From NCBI GenBank assembly GCA_004321885.1, contig SCQK01000005.1:1-38966 (forward strand): 38,966 nt of DNA. Reading direction: 5' to 3'. Position 1 is the stretch's first letter; every line of letters begins with the position of its first letter. Below, piece after piece: positions 26,025 through 35,941 of the stretch. Made by a program: the position numbers and the translations under genes. Under the pieces are notes generated by a model that was not told where the DNA came from, made no database searches, and worked only from the letters and a program-made list of their open reading frames with translations. The stretch comes from Patescibacteria group bacterium (GTDB lineage Bacteria; Patescibacteriota; Patescibacteriia; Magasanikbacterales; GWA2-37-8).

Positions 26025-29000
26025 ATGGTTAAGCCTGGTGATAAAAACGAAAAAGCGAAACCCGCCCCCAATAACGGCGAGGCAAATTTTACGGCGGAAA
26101 ATAAAATGATTAGAGCGCGAATTGAGCAGTTGTTTTCTGAATTGAGCGCTCTGGCGCAAGAGGTGCGCAAAAGACCGGGAATGCAGTCTGAACTTAATCA
26201 AATGCTTGAAACTCTTGCTAAACAGGAAACCAAAATCTCCTCATTGGATAAAGATAAGGTTGCTGAATTAGAAGAGGAATTGCAAAAATTGGAAGAGAGA
26301 ACACAGGAGTTAATTGATGAGATGAAAGAAGAAGAAAGGTTATACAGGGAAGAAGAAGCGCCGGACGCGGTGGATTATTCCAAGGAAGACAGCCAGGAGC
26401 GGCGACAGAGGCTGCTTAAATTTGGCAAAGACCTGAAAGAAATTGTTGATTTTTTTGAGCAGGGAGCTAACAATGACGCGGAAAAAATATTTTTGCAAAG
26501 CGCCATAGAATTATTGGAGGAAGGCAAAAAATTGGATATAACCGCCATGAACCATCCACTCGCAAAGCAATTGCCCGACGATTGGTTTGTGGATGTTGAC
26601 GCGTTCGTCAATAAAGCAAAACAACTGTATACAAAGTTTTCAACGTATAAGTTTGAATATGCTAAAAAGATAGTTCCAGGCGAGCCTAAGCCAAAAGAAC
26701 CGGTAAAACAGGAAGCGCCGACAAAGGAGAGCGAGACACCCGCTTCCACGGGGGCGGAAGCCGCGAAAGAAGTTCCGGCGTATTTGAAATTGGCCGCCGA
26801 GGTGGAGCGCATGGGGTTGGAATTAAAAGAGGCGCTTGATTCACCCAAAGCGCCGGCGGTGAAAAAGAACGCCATCAGGCTCGTTTTAGAAATGGCGAAT
26901 AAGCCCGGTAATGTTATTTCCAGGGTAAAGGACAATAATAAATGGGTTAAGGCGGCGCAAAATTGGTTAAGTTTGGCAAGAACGGCGCTGGAAGAACAGG
27001 CGCCGGCGGTACCCGCGCCGGCTGATGCCAAAGCCGCGTCAAATAATGAAAAAAATAAAGCAAAGAGCGACAGCTTGCTTTTCAACAAGTTGGTCCGGCA
27101 TCTACACGAAAAATTCAGTGATTTATTAAAATCAGATAAGGCTTTAATAAAGAGGCTTAAGGGACTGAAAAAACTTTTTGGCTACCCTGAATTTGACGGA
27201 GAGTTTGTTTCGCTCCTCAAAGACCTTGGCGTTAATCCGGATGATGTCAAAAAAATTGTTATAAAAGAATCCGACCGGAAGGATAAACGCGAAGAAAAGG
27301 AAAAAGGAAAGAAAAAAGATTACAAGTTTGAAATCAAAGGCGCGCGCCGGATTTTACGGGATGCCGTAAAACTGATTAATGACCCTGAAAAAGCCAAACC
27401 ATACAGAAAATTAATCGGGCAACTTGGCGAATTTAGTGAAATTTTTAACGCGCTTAGGAAAGATAAATTAACAGACCAAAAAAGGCAAGAATTGCAACAA
27501 AAAAGAAAAGATTTGCTTCATAAAAAACCCGATGGAATTTTCACGCAGGACGCGCAAAACAGCGATTTGCTGGAGAATGCGAAAAGAATAATCGCGTCCG
27601 CGGCCGGCGCCGTCCAACCCAAGCCCGGCAAATCGCCGAGCGCCGTGAAAACAACCGGCGCCGCTTCTACTCCGGCGCCCGCCAAGACACCCGATGCTCG
27701 GACAGTTGCAGCACCGTCTGCCCCGCGCGCGCCCTCACTAGCTCCGCGGGTGGATACGGGCTCGGCGTCGGCCGCGGCTGTGGACACGGCTCCGCCCGCG
27801 CCTCCGCCTCCGACGCCGCCCGACACTGCCCCACGCGAACCAGAACCAGAACCAGAACCAGAACCGCGCCCGGTTAAAAAAATTATTGACATCAAAGAAA
27901 CAGCGCTTTTGGAATTGATGAAACCGCACAAATTGCAGGAGGTTGTCAATCAGTTGATTCAGGGCAACGCGGCTGTCGCCGAAACCCTGTTTAGCAATAT
28001 CTTCGCGCGCGACGATGTTGATTTAGAAAGATTGCGCGAAGTGGTGGGACAGGACGGCTACACATCGGAAGAATTCAAAAATCTGTGGCTGGAACAGCTT
28101 CATAAACGCCCGTTTCGGATGATAAAAGACAATTTGGAACAGATGACGCGGAATTTTATCGCGCAAAACACCGGTAAAATAGAAAAAATTATACAAAAGT
28201 TGCCGGCGGCGAAAGCGATTATTCTGCAGGCATTGCCTTATCTGGCCATCGCCGGCGCCGGATTTTTTGCGGCCTTGACAGGCGGCGGCATTATCGGGCT
28301 TACCGCGGCCGGCGCGGCTTCGGGTCTTTGGCGCGGCATTTCCAAAAAAGTGGAAGGCGTGCGCGGCTGGATTTCCAAAAAAACCAAACAATTCAAGCAA
28401 AAAGGAGACGAAAGAGAGGCCTATAAAGAAAAAGAACAAAGAGAAGGCCTTTTGTTGATGCGGGATTTGATGGCGCAGTTTAATAATAATCAGGAATTGC
28501 TTTCCCAGTTGTCGTCAATGATCAGCCAGGGCTTGCGCGAGAGCAGCGCCCAAGAACGCGCCGAGTCTTTGGGCAAAGACAGAAACACAATTATCGCCAA
28601 CGCGGAACTGGCCATCGGGCAAATAAAAGAAAAATCCGAAGAAGAATACAGGCATGGTATTGGCAGAAAAGGCGAGGCAGACGCGCGCCTTGATAAAGAA
28701 AGCCAGGGCCGGCGCGCCGAGGCGCTTATCATGAAATTATACGAAAGCAACGAGATGGAAGATTTGATCCAGGAAGCCCTGCAAAAAGACCCGAAATTTA
28801 TCAGAGTACTAAAGGGAATAAACGCCTTGAAAAGTCTTGATTTGGATGAACTGGTTGAATCAGCCACGGGCAGGCGCGCTGATGTTGCCAAAAAAGAAAG
28901 CACCCTGAAAAAAGTCGCCTGCATCCTTGCTTCCGGAATTGCCGGCGGCGCCGTGGCCTATGGCCTGTCGGCGCATAATGCCTGGAGGCCGGTGGTAGCT

Positions 29001-31361
29001 GGTTTGGTCGGCGCTTATTTGGGCGCCAGATTTGGGCATCATCGGGAGATTAAGGCCCGCCAGCGTGAGTTCGCGGCCGAGTTTGAAAGAAATGTGGACG
29101 AGGCAGAGCAGGTTATCATAGAATACGAGGCCGTTACCGATTTAGCCGCGTGGCTGGGTGCTGATGGCGAAGAAAAAATTCGTCAATTGCAAAACAGGGC
29201 CAGAAAGTTGCGCACTCCTTTAACCTTGGGCATGCTGGACGATAATAAGCCTTTGAAATATCGGGCGCAAAACGCCTTGCGGCGCGTGGAAGCGATTTGG
29301 CTGACTATTTATTTGAATAATTCGGATATAGGTATAACAAGAAGAACATTTGACCCGGCTGTGGAAGGACCGGAAGGCGCCAGTGAAAGAGATGTGCACA
29401 CAGATAGCGCCGTGGAAAATTTGCTTACAGTCCTAGACAGGGAAGTGGAGATTCTTACCGAGGACCAAAAAGAGGTAAAGGAAACATTAACCAAAAAACC
29501 GGGCTGGTGGAAAACTTTTGCTTGGAGTCTTGCCGGCGCCGGGGGCGCGGGATTGCTGGCTTATGAAATACAGGGTTGGCGGGAGAGCGGCAAAAAATTG
29601 GACGAAGCCGGCTTTATGCCACAAGAGGAACCGCCGGCAAGCGGAGGCAGGGGAGACGCGGCTGGCGCGGCAGACACGGCCAGGGCCGCGAAAGGACAGA
29701 TAAAGCCGTTGCCCGGCGAGATTGAATTTCATCCGCCAACGGCCACTGAAAAGAGTCGGGTGTTTTTGGAAAATATGGGCGCCAAGCCAGGGGCTGGCAA
29801 TAAATTTACCATTGAACTTGGCAAAGGCGAGACGCCGGCAAACAAGTCGGAATTTTTCCGTTTGCTGGCTTTGAACGGAATGAAAGGTAAAGTGCTGGGT
29901 GATGACGGAGTTTTATCGCCTCTGGAACAAGGCAAGGTGTTGAATGTGGGCAGGAATATGCTGGAATTGGCTGGCGGGGCCAAAGCGCGCGGCGGTTTGC
30001 CGCTGGCGGATTTCAAAGAGCATTTCAGTATGAAAGGCAATAAAGTTACCATTACTGATTTTGATAAATTTCAGGAAAAAATAATCGGCAAATTGTCGGC
30101 GCACGCGGATGAAAAATTTACCAAGCAGACCATGGCCGACACGCGCGCCGGAAAAATGACCGCTATAAAATACGGGGCCCGCGCCAACTGGGAAAAAGAT
30201 TTTGCTAAAATTGGTTATGAGGCCAACGCGCCCCGCGAGCATTTTGTTGTGCCCGAAGACGTGAAAGATATAAAAGATGAAGTAGTTGACCCGGACGCTG
30301 GCAAAGCGCCGGCAGACGCGCCCGAAGCTCAGGCCGCCACCAAACCTGAACAGGTTTTTGAAGTGGACAGGAATGTATTTGGAGTGGAAAAACACCTGGA
30401 ACTCACAAACAGCGAGACAAAAATCGTTGACGCTGCCATTCGCAAAATGGATTGGATAGCGAATAAAACCCATCTATCCGGCGATGGGCTGGAGAATTGG
30501 AGCAAGGCCTTTGGAACGATGGATGACGCCATGGACCGCCTGCAAACAAATCTTCACGACCCGGATTCTTTGGCAAAGTTAAAATATATTGGTTCATTAT
30601 CAGCCGCGGAACTAAGCAAAACACCCGACACAAAATTTGCCGCCATAATAGACAATATTAAAGGCGGGTCAAAAGGAGGCGGGGGAGGGGCTGATGAAAT
30701 TGTCCAAAAAGGCGGCAAGGCCAAGGTGGCGGCGGTTGAGGCGGCAGAACCAAAAGCGTCTGAGTGGATCGCGGGCCATAAAGCGGCCGAATACCAAGAA
30801 TTTGTTGATCGTGTTAAAGGCGGTAGGGATTTGTTTGTGAAAAGAATGATAAAAACATCCGGAATTAGTGAAGGTAAACTTGATGAACTCTTGCAAAAAT
30901 TTGCGCGCGGGCATAAGGGAATAAATTTGACTAACGCTGAAACTGAAGAAAAGTTTCGGACTTGGCTGGCCATGGAATTGGAAGAGTCAGGAACCGCGTC
31001 AGCGGCAGTAACGGAAAAATTATCCACAGCCAACCCCGTGGCCATAGGCGAAGCCAAGGGTGGGCAAAAGTTGGTACAATTTTTGGACAACAAAGGCAAA
31101 ACGCGCTCCTTGGAAATAGCTGAAAAATTTGAACCCAAGAAAGGAGAAAAAGGAATTGTTTCGCTCGTCATGGACATTACGGACAAAAACGGCACGTATC
31201 AAGCGCGTCAAGACGGAAAATTTGAAATGAGAATGATAGGACACAAAAAAATGCCGGTGTTTGTTATTAGTAAAATGGAGGGTGAGGGAAGCGCGGCAAA
31301 GGATGTAGAGCATATTTACGCTATAAAAAATAATGGTCGTGAGATAGTATTGCAGAAGTGA
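26025..31361 (+). CDS. giant hypothetical protein (1778 aa): N-terminal coiled coil, Pro-rich linker, three central hydrophobic segments, ~800-aa C-terminal region
   Basis: single uninterrupted ORF with consistent codon usage; hydrophobic segments LPYLAIAGAGFFAALTGGGIIGLTAAGAASGLW, VACILASGIAGGAVAYGLSAHNAWRPVVAGLVGAYLGARFG, WWKTFAWSLAGAGGAGLLAYEI; PEPEPEPEP linker. Confidence 0.7.
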   Translation: MVKPGDKNEKAKPAPNNGEANFTAENKMIRARIEQLFSELSALAQEVRKRPGMQSELNQMLETLAKQETKISSLDKDKVAELEEELQKLEERTQELIDEMKEEERLYREEEAPDAVDYSKEDSQERRQRLLKFGKDLKEIVDFFEQGANNDAEKIFLQSAIELLEEGKKLDITAMNHPLAKQLPDDWFVDVDAFVNKAKQLYTKFSTYKFEYAKKIVPGEPKPKEPVKQEAPTKESETPASTGAEAAKEVPAYLKLAAEVERMGLELKEALDSPKAPAVKKNAIRLVLEMANKPGNVISRVKDNNKWVKAAQNWLSLARTALEEQAPAVPAPADAKAASNNEKNKAKSDSLLFNKLVRHLHEKFSDLLKSDKALIKRLKGLKKLFGYPEFDGEFVSLLKDLGVNPDDVKKIVIKESDRKDKREEKEKGKKKDYKFEIKGARRILRDAVKLINDPEKAKPYRKLIGQLGEFSEIFNALRKDKLTDQKRQELQQKRKDLLHKKPDGIFTQDAQNSDLLENAKRIIASAAGAVQPKPGKSPSAVKTTGAASTPAPAKTPDARTVAAPSAPRAPSLAPRVDTGSASAAAVDTAPPAPPPPTPPDTAPREPEPEPEPEPRPVKKIIDIKETALLELMKPHKLQEVVNQLIQGNAAVAETLFSNIFARDDVDLERLREVVGQDGYTSEEFKNLWLEQLHKRPFRMIKDNLEQMTRNFIAQNTGKIEKIIQKLPAAKAIILQALPYLAIAGAGFFAALTGGGIIGLTAAGAASGLWRGISKKVEGVRGWISKKTKQFKQKGDEREAYKEKEQREGLLLMRDLMAQFNNNQELLSQLSSMISQGLRESSAQERAESLGKDRNTIIANAELAIGQIKEKSEEEYRHGIGRKGEADARLDKESQGRRAEALIMKLYESNEMEDLIQEALQKDPKFIRVLKGINALKSLDLDELVESATGRRADVAKKESTLKKVACILASGIAGGAVAYGLSAHNAWRPVVAGLVGAYLGARFGHHREIKARQREFAAEFERNVDEAEQVIIEYEAVTDLAAWLGADGEEKIRQLQNRARKLRTPLTLGMLDDNKPLKYRAQNALRRVEAIWLTIYLNNSDIGITRRTFDPAVEGPEGASERDVHTDSAVENLLTVLDREVEILTEDQKEVKETLTKKPGWWKTFAWSLAGAGGAGLLAYEIQGWRESGKKLDEAGFMPQEEPPASGGRGDAAGAADTARAAKGQIKPLPGEIEFHPPTATEKSRVFLENMGAKPGAGNKFTIELGKGETPANKSEFFRLLALNGMKGKVLGDDGVLSPLEQGKVLNVGRNMLELAGGAKARGGLPLADFKEHFSMKGNKVTITDFDKFQEKIIGKLSAHADEKFTKQTMADTRAGKMTAIKYGARANWEKDFAKIGYEANAPREHFVVPEDVKDIKDEVVDPDAGKAPADAPEAQAATKPEQVFEVDRNVFGVEKHLELTNSETKIVDAAIRKMDWIANKTHLSGDGLENWSKAFGTMDDAMDRLQTNLHDPDSLAKLKYIGSLSAAELSKTPDTKFAAIIDNIKGGSKGGGGGADEIVQKGGKAKVAAVEAAEPKASEWIAGHKAAEYQEFVDRVKGGRDLFVKRMIKTSGISEGKLDELLQKFARGHKGINLTNAETEEKFRTWLAMELEESGTASAAVTEKLSTANPVAIGEAKGGQKLVQFLDNKGKTRSLEIAEKFEPKKGEKGIVSLVMDITDKNGTYQARQDGKFEMRMIGHKKMPVFVISKMEGEGSAAKDVEHIYAIKNNGREIVLQK

Positions 31362-31411
31362 GTTTATTCAAAAACAGCCCTGAGTTTTTTTGCTGTTTTT
31401 GCGCCCTCCTC

Positions 31412-31439
31412 TTGACAGTCGCATTATTTATGGTATCTT
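31412..31439 (+). promoter_or_regulatory. candidate promoter (TTGACA-16-TATCTT) at low-GC/high-GC boundary
   Basis: cttgacagtcgcattatttatggtatcttt; followed by hairpin cccaaaacagg-tgtttttggg. Confidence 0.35.
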
Positions 31440-31600
31440 TACCTGTTCCCAAAACAGGTGTTTTTGGGTATAAATAATATAGTCTTTGAAAATTAAAGTA
31501 GGTTTGGCGCTTGGCGCCACAACAGGGCAACGATAAGGACGTGCCCTAACAGCGAGCCACGACAAGGACGAGCTCGCAAACGGAGAGAATGGAGAGAGAG

Positions 31601-33487
31601 ATGAGCGATGAGAGAAACGAGGGAAGGAGCCCCCTCTGGAACGGCTCCCGGGACGAGGGCCCGCAGCGACCCCACACACCAACGCTTGATGGTCTGGTAG
31701 CTGTGGTCGACCAGCCGGAGGAGCAGCCCGCACTGCTTCATTGCCCGTGCGGGTGGCAGGTGTACTCGCGGGCTACGGCGAAGATAGCCATGGTCAGCAA
31801 CTCGTGTCCGCTGACCGGAGACGAGCTGGCCCTGACGGTGGAGGATGTTGCGAAGCTCGCGGACGAACTTCGCGATGTCCACGCCTTCCCCATCCGCACC
31901 TTCTTTCAGAAGGTGCAGTTCCCGGTGACGGTCGTCTGCGACTGCGGCGACTCGGAGCTGGAATTGGTGGAGAGCGGGGTGGAGGAGGAGTGTGTGAAGT
32001 GCCGCCGGCACTATGTCATTACCGCGGACGCGGAGATGTACATGGTGATTGACAAGAAATTGGCGCGGCCGGACACGCTCCGCACCGGCCAGCCCGTGGC
32101 GCCCACGGCTTCGGGTGAGGTGGACTCGCGTCCGACCATCGCGCCGGCCGGGCCCGACGAGGAAACGCGGGTCGGAGAGCCTGTCCCGCTGGTGGAGACG
32201 TCGGACGTCCCGGACGACGCCCAGACCAGCGAGCGCGTTTCGCCTCCGCCGGAGGAGTCTGGTCATCAGATGGTCCAGGCGCCGGACGCCGACCCCTCGG
32301 ACTTCGAGGGCAAGAGCCCGACGGCTCCTGGCGTAATACCCGAAGAGGAGCTGGTGGCTCTGGAGCTGATGGCTTCGTTGGCAGCGGCCGCCAGCGGTCC
32401 GGCCCAGGGCCCGGCTTTTGACCAGTCGGGTATGGCCGTGTTGGACGTGAACTGCCCGGAGTGCAGAAGGGTCTTCACGGTCAATCGCGAGCTGGGTGCG
32501 GCGATGTGTCCGCACTGCAGGGCCGTGTTTGAGGTTTTGGTAGCGGGCGGCCGGGTTGAGTTTGTCCGGTGCGTGGTGCCGGGCAACAAACTGCCTCCGC
32601 CCACCCCGCTCGACGCGGGCGGCAGAACCCAGCAGGGCTTTGTCTCGCCCGTGCCGCCGAGGCAGGACCCGCCGACGTTGGATCAGCCCCTCGCCCAGCT
32701 CGATGTTCTTCGGGACAAGAGCCGCGAGAGGTCACAGCCCGGCGAGTCCGAGGCGTCTGCGTTGCCAGCACCCGCGGAGGCGATTCCGCTCTCCGCCATC
32801 GCGGCGCCGACCGGCGTCGGACCGAGCTTCAAGCTGGTGGACGTCTCCCGGGCGCGTTTGCGCGCGAGCGTCAGTCTCGGCCCGAAGGACCGACAGTCAA
32901 CGGGCGAGATTCGCCCAGCGGCGCGTCGCCTGCCTCGCTGGGTCCATGGCGCGTTCGGCGTGCTCGGGCTCGGATTCTGTGTGCTCTTGGGGATAGTGCT
33001 GAATCAGGGCGCTCTCCTCAAGGAGAACACGCGGCGGAGCCAGGCGGCCGAGCAGAAGAGTGCCGCGGCCGAGGAGCAGAGCAAGGCCGCGGCGAAGGAT
33101 AGTGCCGAGGCTGTGCTCAAGAGCGCGCGGGCCGAAGTTGAGGCCAAGACCGCCAGAAAAACGGCGGACAAGGCCAATACCCGATTGGACACGCAGGAGG
33201 CGGCGCGCGAGAAGCTGGACAAGGAGCTCGCCGCCAGCGCACGGTCTGTCGCCGCCTTCCAGAAGGCGACGAATACGGCCATTGGGAACATCAAGGGCCA
33301 GGTCGCTAGACAGAGTGCTGATCTGCGTCAGACAATCGCAAGGGCGCAGGCAACGCTTGACCAAATCAAGCGCGACCTGGCTTCGGCGAACGCGGCGCCC
33401 GCCAAGCGCGTCCCGCCATCGTTCCTACCCGCCAAGGTTCCCAAGATGCGCCCCCCGGATCACCTGATACGGCGTCGCAACGACTAA
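31601..33487 (+). CDS. zinc-ribbon (MJ0042-like) / single-TM / C-terminal coiled-coil protein, GC-rich
   Basis: three CxxC...CxxC pairs (HCPCGW..SCPLTG; CDCGDS..CVKCRRH; NCPECRRVF..CPHCRAVFEV); TM VHGAFGVLGLGFCVLLGIVL; A/K/Q-rich coiled coil; GGAGAGAG SD before ATG 31601. Confidence 0.55.
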   Translation: MSDERNEGRSPLWNGSRDEGPQRPHTPTLDGLVAVVDQPEEQPALLHCPCGWQVYSRATAKIAMVSNSCPLTGDELALTVEDVAKLADELRDVHAFPIRTFFQKVQFPVTVVCDCGDSELELVESGVEEECVKCRRHYVITADAEMYMVIDKKLARPDTLRTGQPVAPTASGEVDSRPTIAPAGPDEETRVGEPVPLVETSDVPDDAQTSERVSPPPEESGHQMVQAPDADPSDFEGKSPTAPGVIPEEELVALELMASLAAAASGPAQGPAFDQSGMAVLDVNCPECRRVFTVNRELGAAMCPHCRAVFEVLVAGGRVEFVRCVVPGNKLPPPTPLDAGGRTQQGFVSPVPPRQDPPTLDQPLAQLDVLRDKSRERSQPGESEASALPAPAEAIPLSAIAAPTGVGPSFKLVDVSRARLRASVSLGPKDRQSTGEIRPAARRLPRWVHGAFGVLGLGFCVLLGIVLNQGALLKENTRRSQAAEQKSAAAEEQSKAAAKDSAEAVLKSARAEVEAKTARKTADKANTRLDTQEAAREKLDKELAASARSVAAFQKATNTAIGNIKGQVARQSADLRQTIARAQATLDQIKRDLASANAAPAKRVPPSFLPAKVPKMRPPDHLIRRRND

Positions 33488-33572
33488 CCGAGCGCTCTTT
33501 CCGCGGCGTGTGTGAGTATGTAAGCAGAGGTGAATGAAAATTCCTTCCGCTTCCCTCCCACTCCACACGCCA

Positions 33573-33620
33573 ATCCCCCTATGATTCCAAATTTTGGAAT
33601 TATAGGGGGATTTTTGTTTT
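33573..33620 (+). terminator. long palindrome + T-run (atccccctatgattccaaa-tt-ttggaattatagggggat TTTTGTTTT)
   Basis: near-perfect 19-bp inverted repeat followed by U-run, downstream of zinc-ribbon gene. Confidence 0.55.
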
Positions 33621-33631
33621 ATTCAAATTTT

Positions 33632-33652
33632 CCTCCCCTATTAGGGGAGGGG
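33632..33652. repeat. family-1 palindromic element in GC-rich segment (cctcccctattaggggagggg)
   Basis: identical core to copy at 1507. Confidence 0.8.
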
Positions 33653-33711
33653 CAAGGGGTGGAGTTTTACCTTTATCTTAGCCAAAATTCGTTCTCTTAT
33701 CGAAAAATCTC

Positions 33712-33740
33712 TTGACAGAAATACCGAACTGTGCTATTCT
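33712..33740 (+). promoter_or_regulatory. sigma70-like promoter (TTGACA-17-TATTCT)
   Basis: cttgacagaaataccgaactgtgctattct upstream of ORF 33787/33892. Confidence 0.45.
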
Positions 33741-33891
33741 TAACAGTTAAAATCAAATTAGTTTCAATGCGCGAGAGAGGCATTGTATGAGGATTTCACT
33801 CATCAAGCCACTCCCGCGTCCACGGGTTTTTTTCTTTACAATCGTCTCTGACATTAGTAATGCCGGAGCACAACAAGAAAGGAGGCCAGGA

Positions 33892-34515
33892 ATGGCCGAT
33901 GAACCGAAAGTCATCGTCGAGGTAGACAAGGAGTGTCTTTTTTGCAAGCGGGACATCCCCCAGCTCCAGGAGGAGCTGGCGGGTGTGAAGAAGTTGCAAG
34001 AGGCGCAGGAGGACGCGGTCGGTGGCAGTTTGCGCCGACTGCGTATGGGTATGACGGCCTTCGCGGTCGCGTTGGCGTTGATTGTCGTCATCAGTCTTGT
34101 TGTGGTTTACATCCGCCTGACCGAGACGACGGGCCAGCGCGCCGCTCCGGTTCCCAGCCGGCTGGTCCAGCGCTTGTCCCAGACAGAACAGCGTCTGGGC
34201 AAGCTGGAGGGGACCATCGGGCTTTTGAAAAGCGCGATGGAGAGGCTTGCGGAGCAGTTCGGAAAGGTGCTCTCCGACATCACCAAGATGCCGAAGGCAT
34301 CACAACCGCCTGCCTCCCAGCCGGTGGTCACTGCGCCGCCGCTCCGGACAACGCCGCTTGTCAAGACGGCCAAGCCGAGTGAAAGAGAGGGCCTGTTGCC
34401 CTGCAAGCAGGAGAAGGAGTCCTGCGTAAAGGGGAATGAAGGTCGCGTCGGCAAGGAGAGGGCCCTGCAGTTTTGCGCCACTTTCTTCAGACAGGGAGGG
34501 CCGAACTGCAAGTGA
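33892..34515 (+). CDS. hypothetical TM + coiled-coil protein, GC-rich (start could be 33787)
   Basis: AGGAGG 6 nt upstream of ATG 33892; TM AFAVALALIVVISLVVVYI; coiled-coil segment. Confidence 0.45.
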   Translation: MADEPKVIVEVDKECLFCKRDIPQLQEELAGVKKLQEAQEDAVGGSLRRLRMGMTAFAVALALIVVISLVVVYIRLTETTGQRAAPVPSRLVQRLSQTEQRLGKLEGTIGLLKSAMERLAEQFGKVLSDITKMPKASQPPASQPVVTAPPLRTTPLVKTAKPSEREGLLPCKQEKESCVKGNEGRVGKERALQFCATFFRQGGPNCK

Positions 34516-34598
34516 GTAGGGTCTCCTCACCGCCACGCCGCATTCCAGCCGCCGAGACCCATCCAACCCAATGTATATGACTGTTATTTCGGTACGCT

Positions 34599-34630
34599 AT
34601 GTCATTCCTGCCATAAGAGCAGGAATTTAT
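34599..34630. repeat. family-2 hairpin element in GC-rich segment
   Basis: tgtcattcctgccataagagcaggaattta; upstream flank cccaatgtatatgactgtt shared with copy at 35575. Confidence 0.7.
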
Positions 34631-34873
34631 CACCGGAATTCACGGTCGTATACAGTGAATTTGGAAGGAACATTACAATAAGCGAAATGAGCGAGTAAAT
34701 AATTTTGCTTGCAAAATTATTTCGAGCGAATGAGCTTTATATCATTGATATATTCTGGTTCGCAAAAAGGACAGGTGTCATTGCGAGCGAAGCAATCCCG
34801 TCTTATTTGCGACCCAGAATTTCAACCCGGTTTCCGCCTGCTGGACGCAGGCAAAAATGAAAGGAGGCACATT

Positions 34874-35470
34874 ATGTGCCGTCTGATCGGAGAGCTCGAC
34901 GGCGAGCTGTTCGCCGTCGAGCTGAACAAGCTCGGCGCTGTCCCCCCCTCCCCCAACCAGCCCCCGGCGGCCCCGCCCCGGCCCGGCGGCGGCGCCCAGC
35001 CGCCCGTTGGCGCGGGCGCGCCCCCCGCGGGCGCGTGCAGGGCCACGCCCTGCCGGTTCTCGTCGTGGCTGATCATTGCCGCGGTGGGGCTGGCAGCGGT
35101 GGCGATCATCATCACGATGATCGCCCTGCGCGACGGCAAGTCGGCGCAGGTCGCGCCCGCGGTCGCCCCGACCAAGTCGGTGCCGGCTACTCCGGCTGCC
35201 GCGGCCGCGACGCCCGCCAAGCCGGCACTCCCCCCCAATCAGATTGGCGCCCTGCCGGTCTACGGGGGCGGCGTGCACCTCCCCAGCATCACGCTGGAGG
35301 TCGCTCGCCCGCCGGTTGCGCCCGCGCCGGTCCTACCGCCCTTGGCCCCGCCGCCCGCGCCGAGCGCGGCGTTCCCGTCCTGTGACCAGGACGCGGAGTG
35401 CCTCGCGCTTGTCGCCGCCCACGGCGCCGGCGCCCGCCCCCGCTGCCCGCAGTTCTTCAACTGCCGGTAG
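34874..35470 (+). CDS. Pro/Ala-rich single-TM hypothetical protein
   Basis: AAAGGAGG SD 6 nt upstream of ATG 34874; TM WLIIAAVGLAAVAIIITMIAL; PA-rich low complexity. Confidence 0.45.
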   Translation: MCRLIGELDGELFAVELNKLGAVPPSPNQPPAAPPRPGGGAQPPVGAGAPPAGACRATPCRFSSWLIIAAVGLAAVAIIITMIALRDGKSAQVAPAVAPTKSVPATPAAAAATPAKPALPPNQIGALPVYGGGVHLPSITLEVARPPVAPAPVLPPLAPPPAPSAAFPSCDQDAECLALVAAHGAGARPRCPQFFNCR

Positions 35471-35574
35471 CGTGCGTCACCCCGCCGGGCCTTGTGGCTC
35501 GGCCCCTCCTTTCAACCCAGGGTCGGACATTCGCCTCGCGACTGTCCGACCCTTCCATCCCAATGTTTACGATT

Positions 35575-35603
35575 GTCATTCCTGCCCACGAGCAGGAATC
35601 CAC
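35575..35603. repeat. family-2 hairpin element (tgtcattcctgcccacgagcaggaatcca)
   Basis: same arms as 4621 copy. Confidence 0.7.
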
Positions 35604-35671
35604 AATGGCAAACATTGATAGTGGAGTACATTACAACACTCACGGTGTGAAGTTATCTGCCCCTCCTCACT

Positions 35672-35696
35672 CCTCCCCCTTTATAAGGGGGGGAGG
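35672..35696. repeat. family-1 palindromic element (cctccccctttataagggggggagg)
   Basis: inverted repeat in GC-rich segment. Confidence 0.8.
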
Positions 35697-35941
35697 CGGG
35701 GAGGGGGTATAGCTCCACCCCGTGAGAATTATCACGGTTTGATATAGCAACCAGGCCGATTTCTTCAAACGCAAAATCCCCACCCATGTGGGACCGCGAA
35801 CCGCTGTATATACCCCTTTGGACCAAAAGTCCGAAAACGGGAAACAGCGCAAGCGGATAAGAAGAAAACGGCTTAGCAAGTTCATGAAGTATAGGCCGGC
35901 CCTGCACGCGCGAGCGGAGGGTCAAAAAAAGGAGAAGAACG

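Noticed and set aside
31480-31590. Possible tRNA or integration site at the low-GC/high-GC boundary
   Set aside because: No T-arm (GTTCRANYC) or acceptor or anticodon stem pattern is recognisable by eye. Only promoter-like and hairpin features are present.
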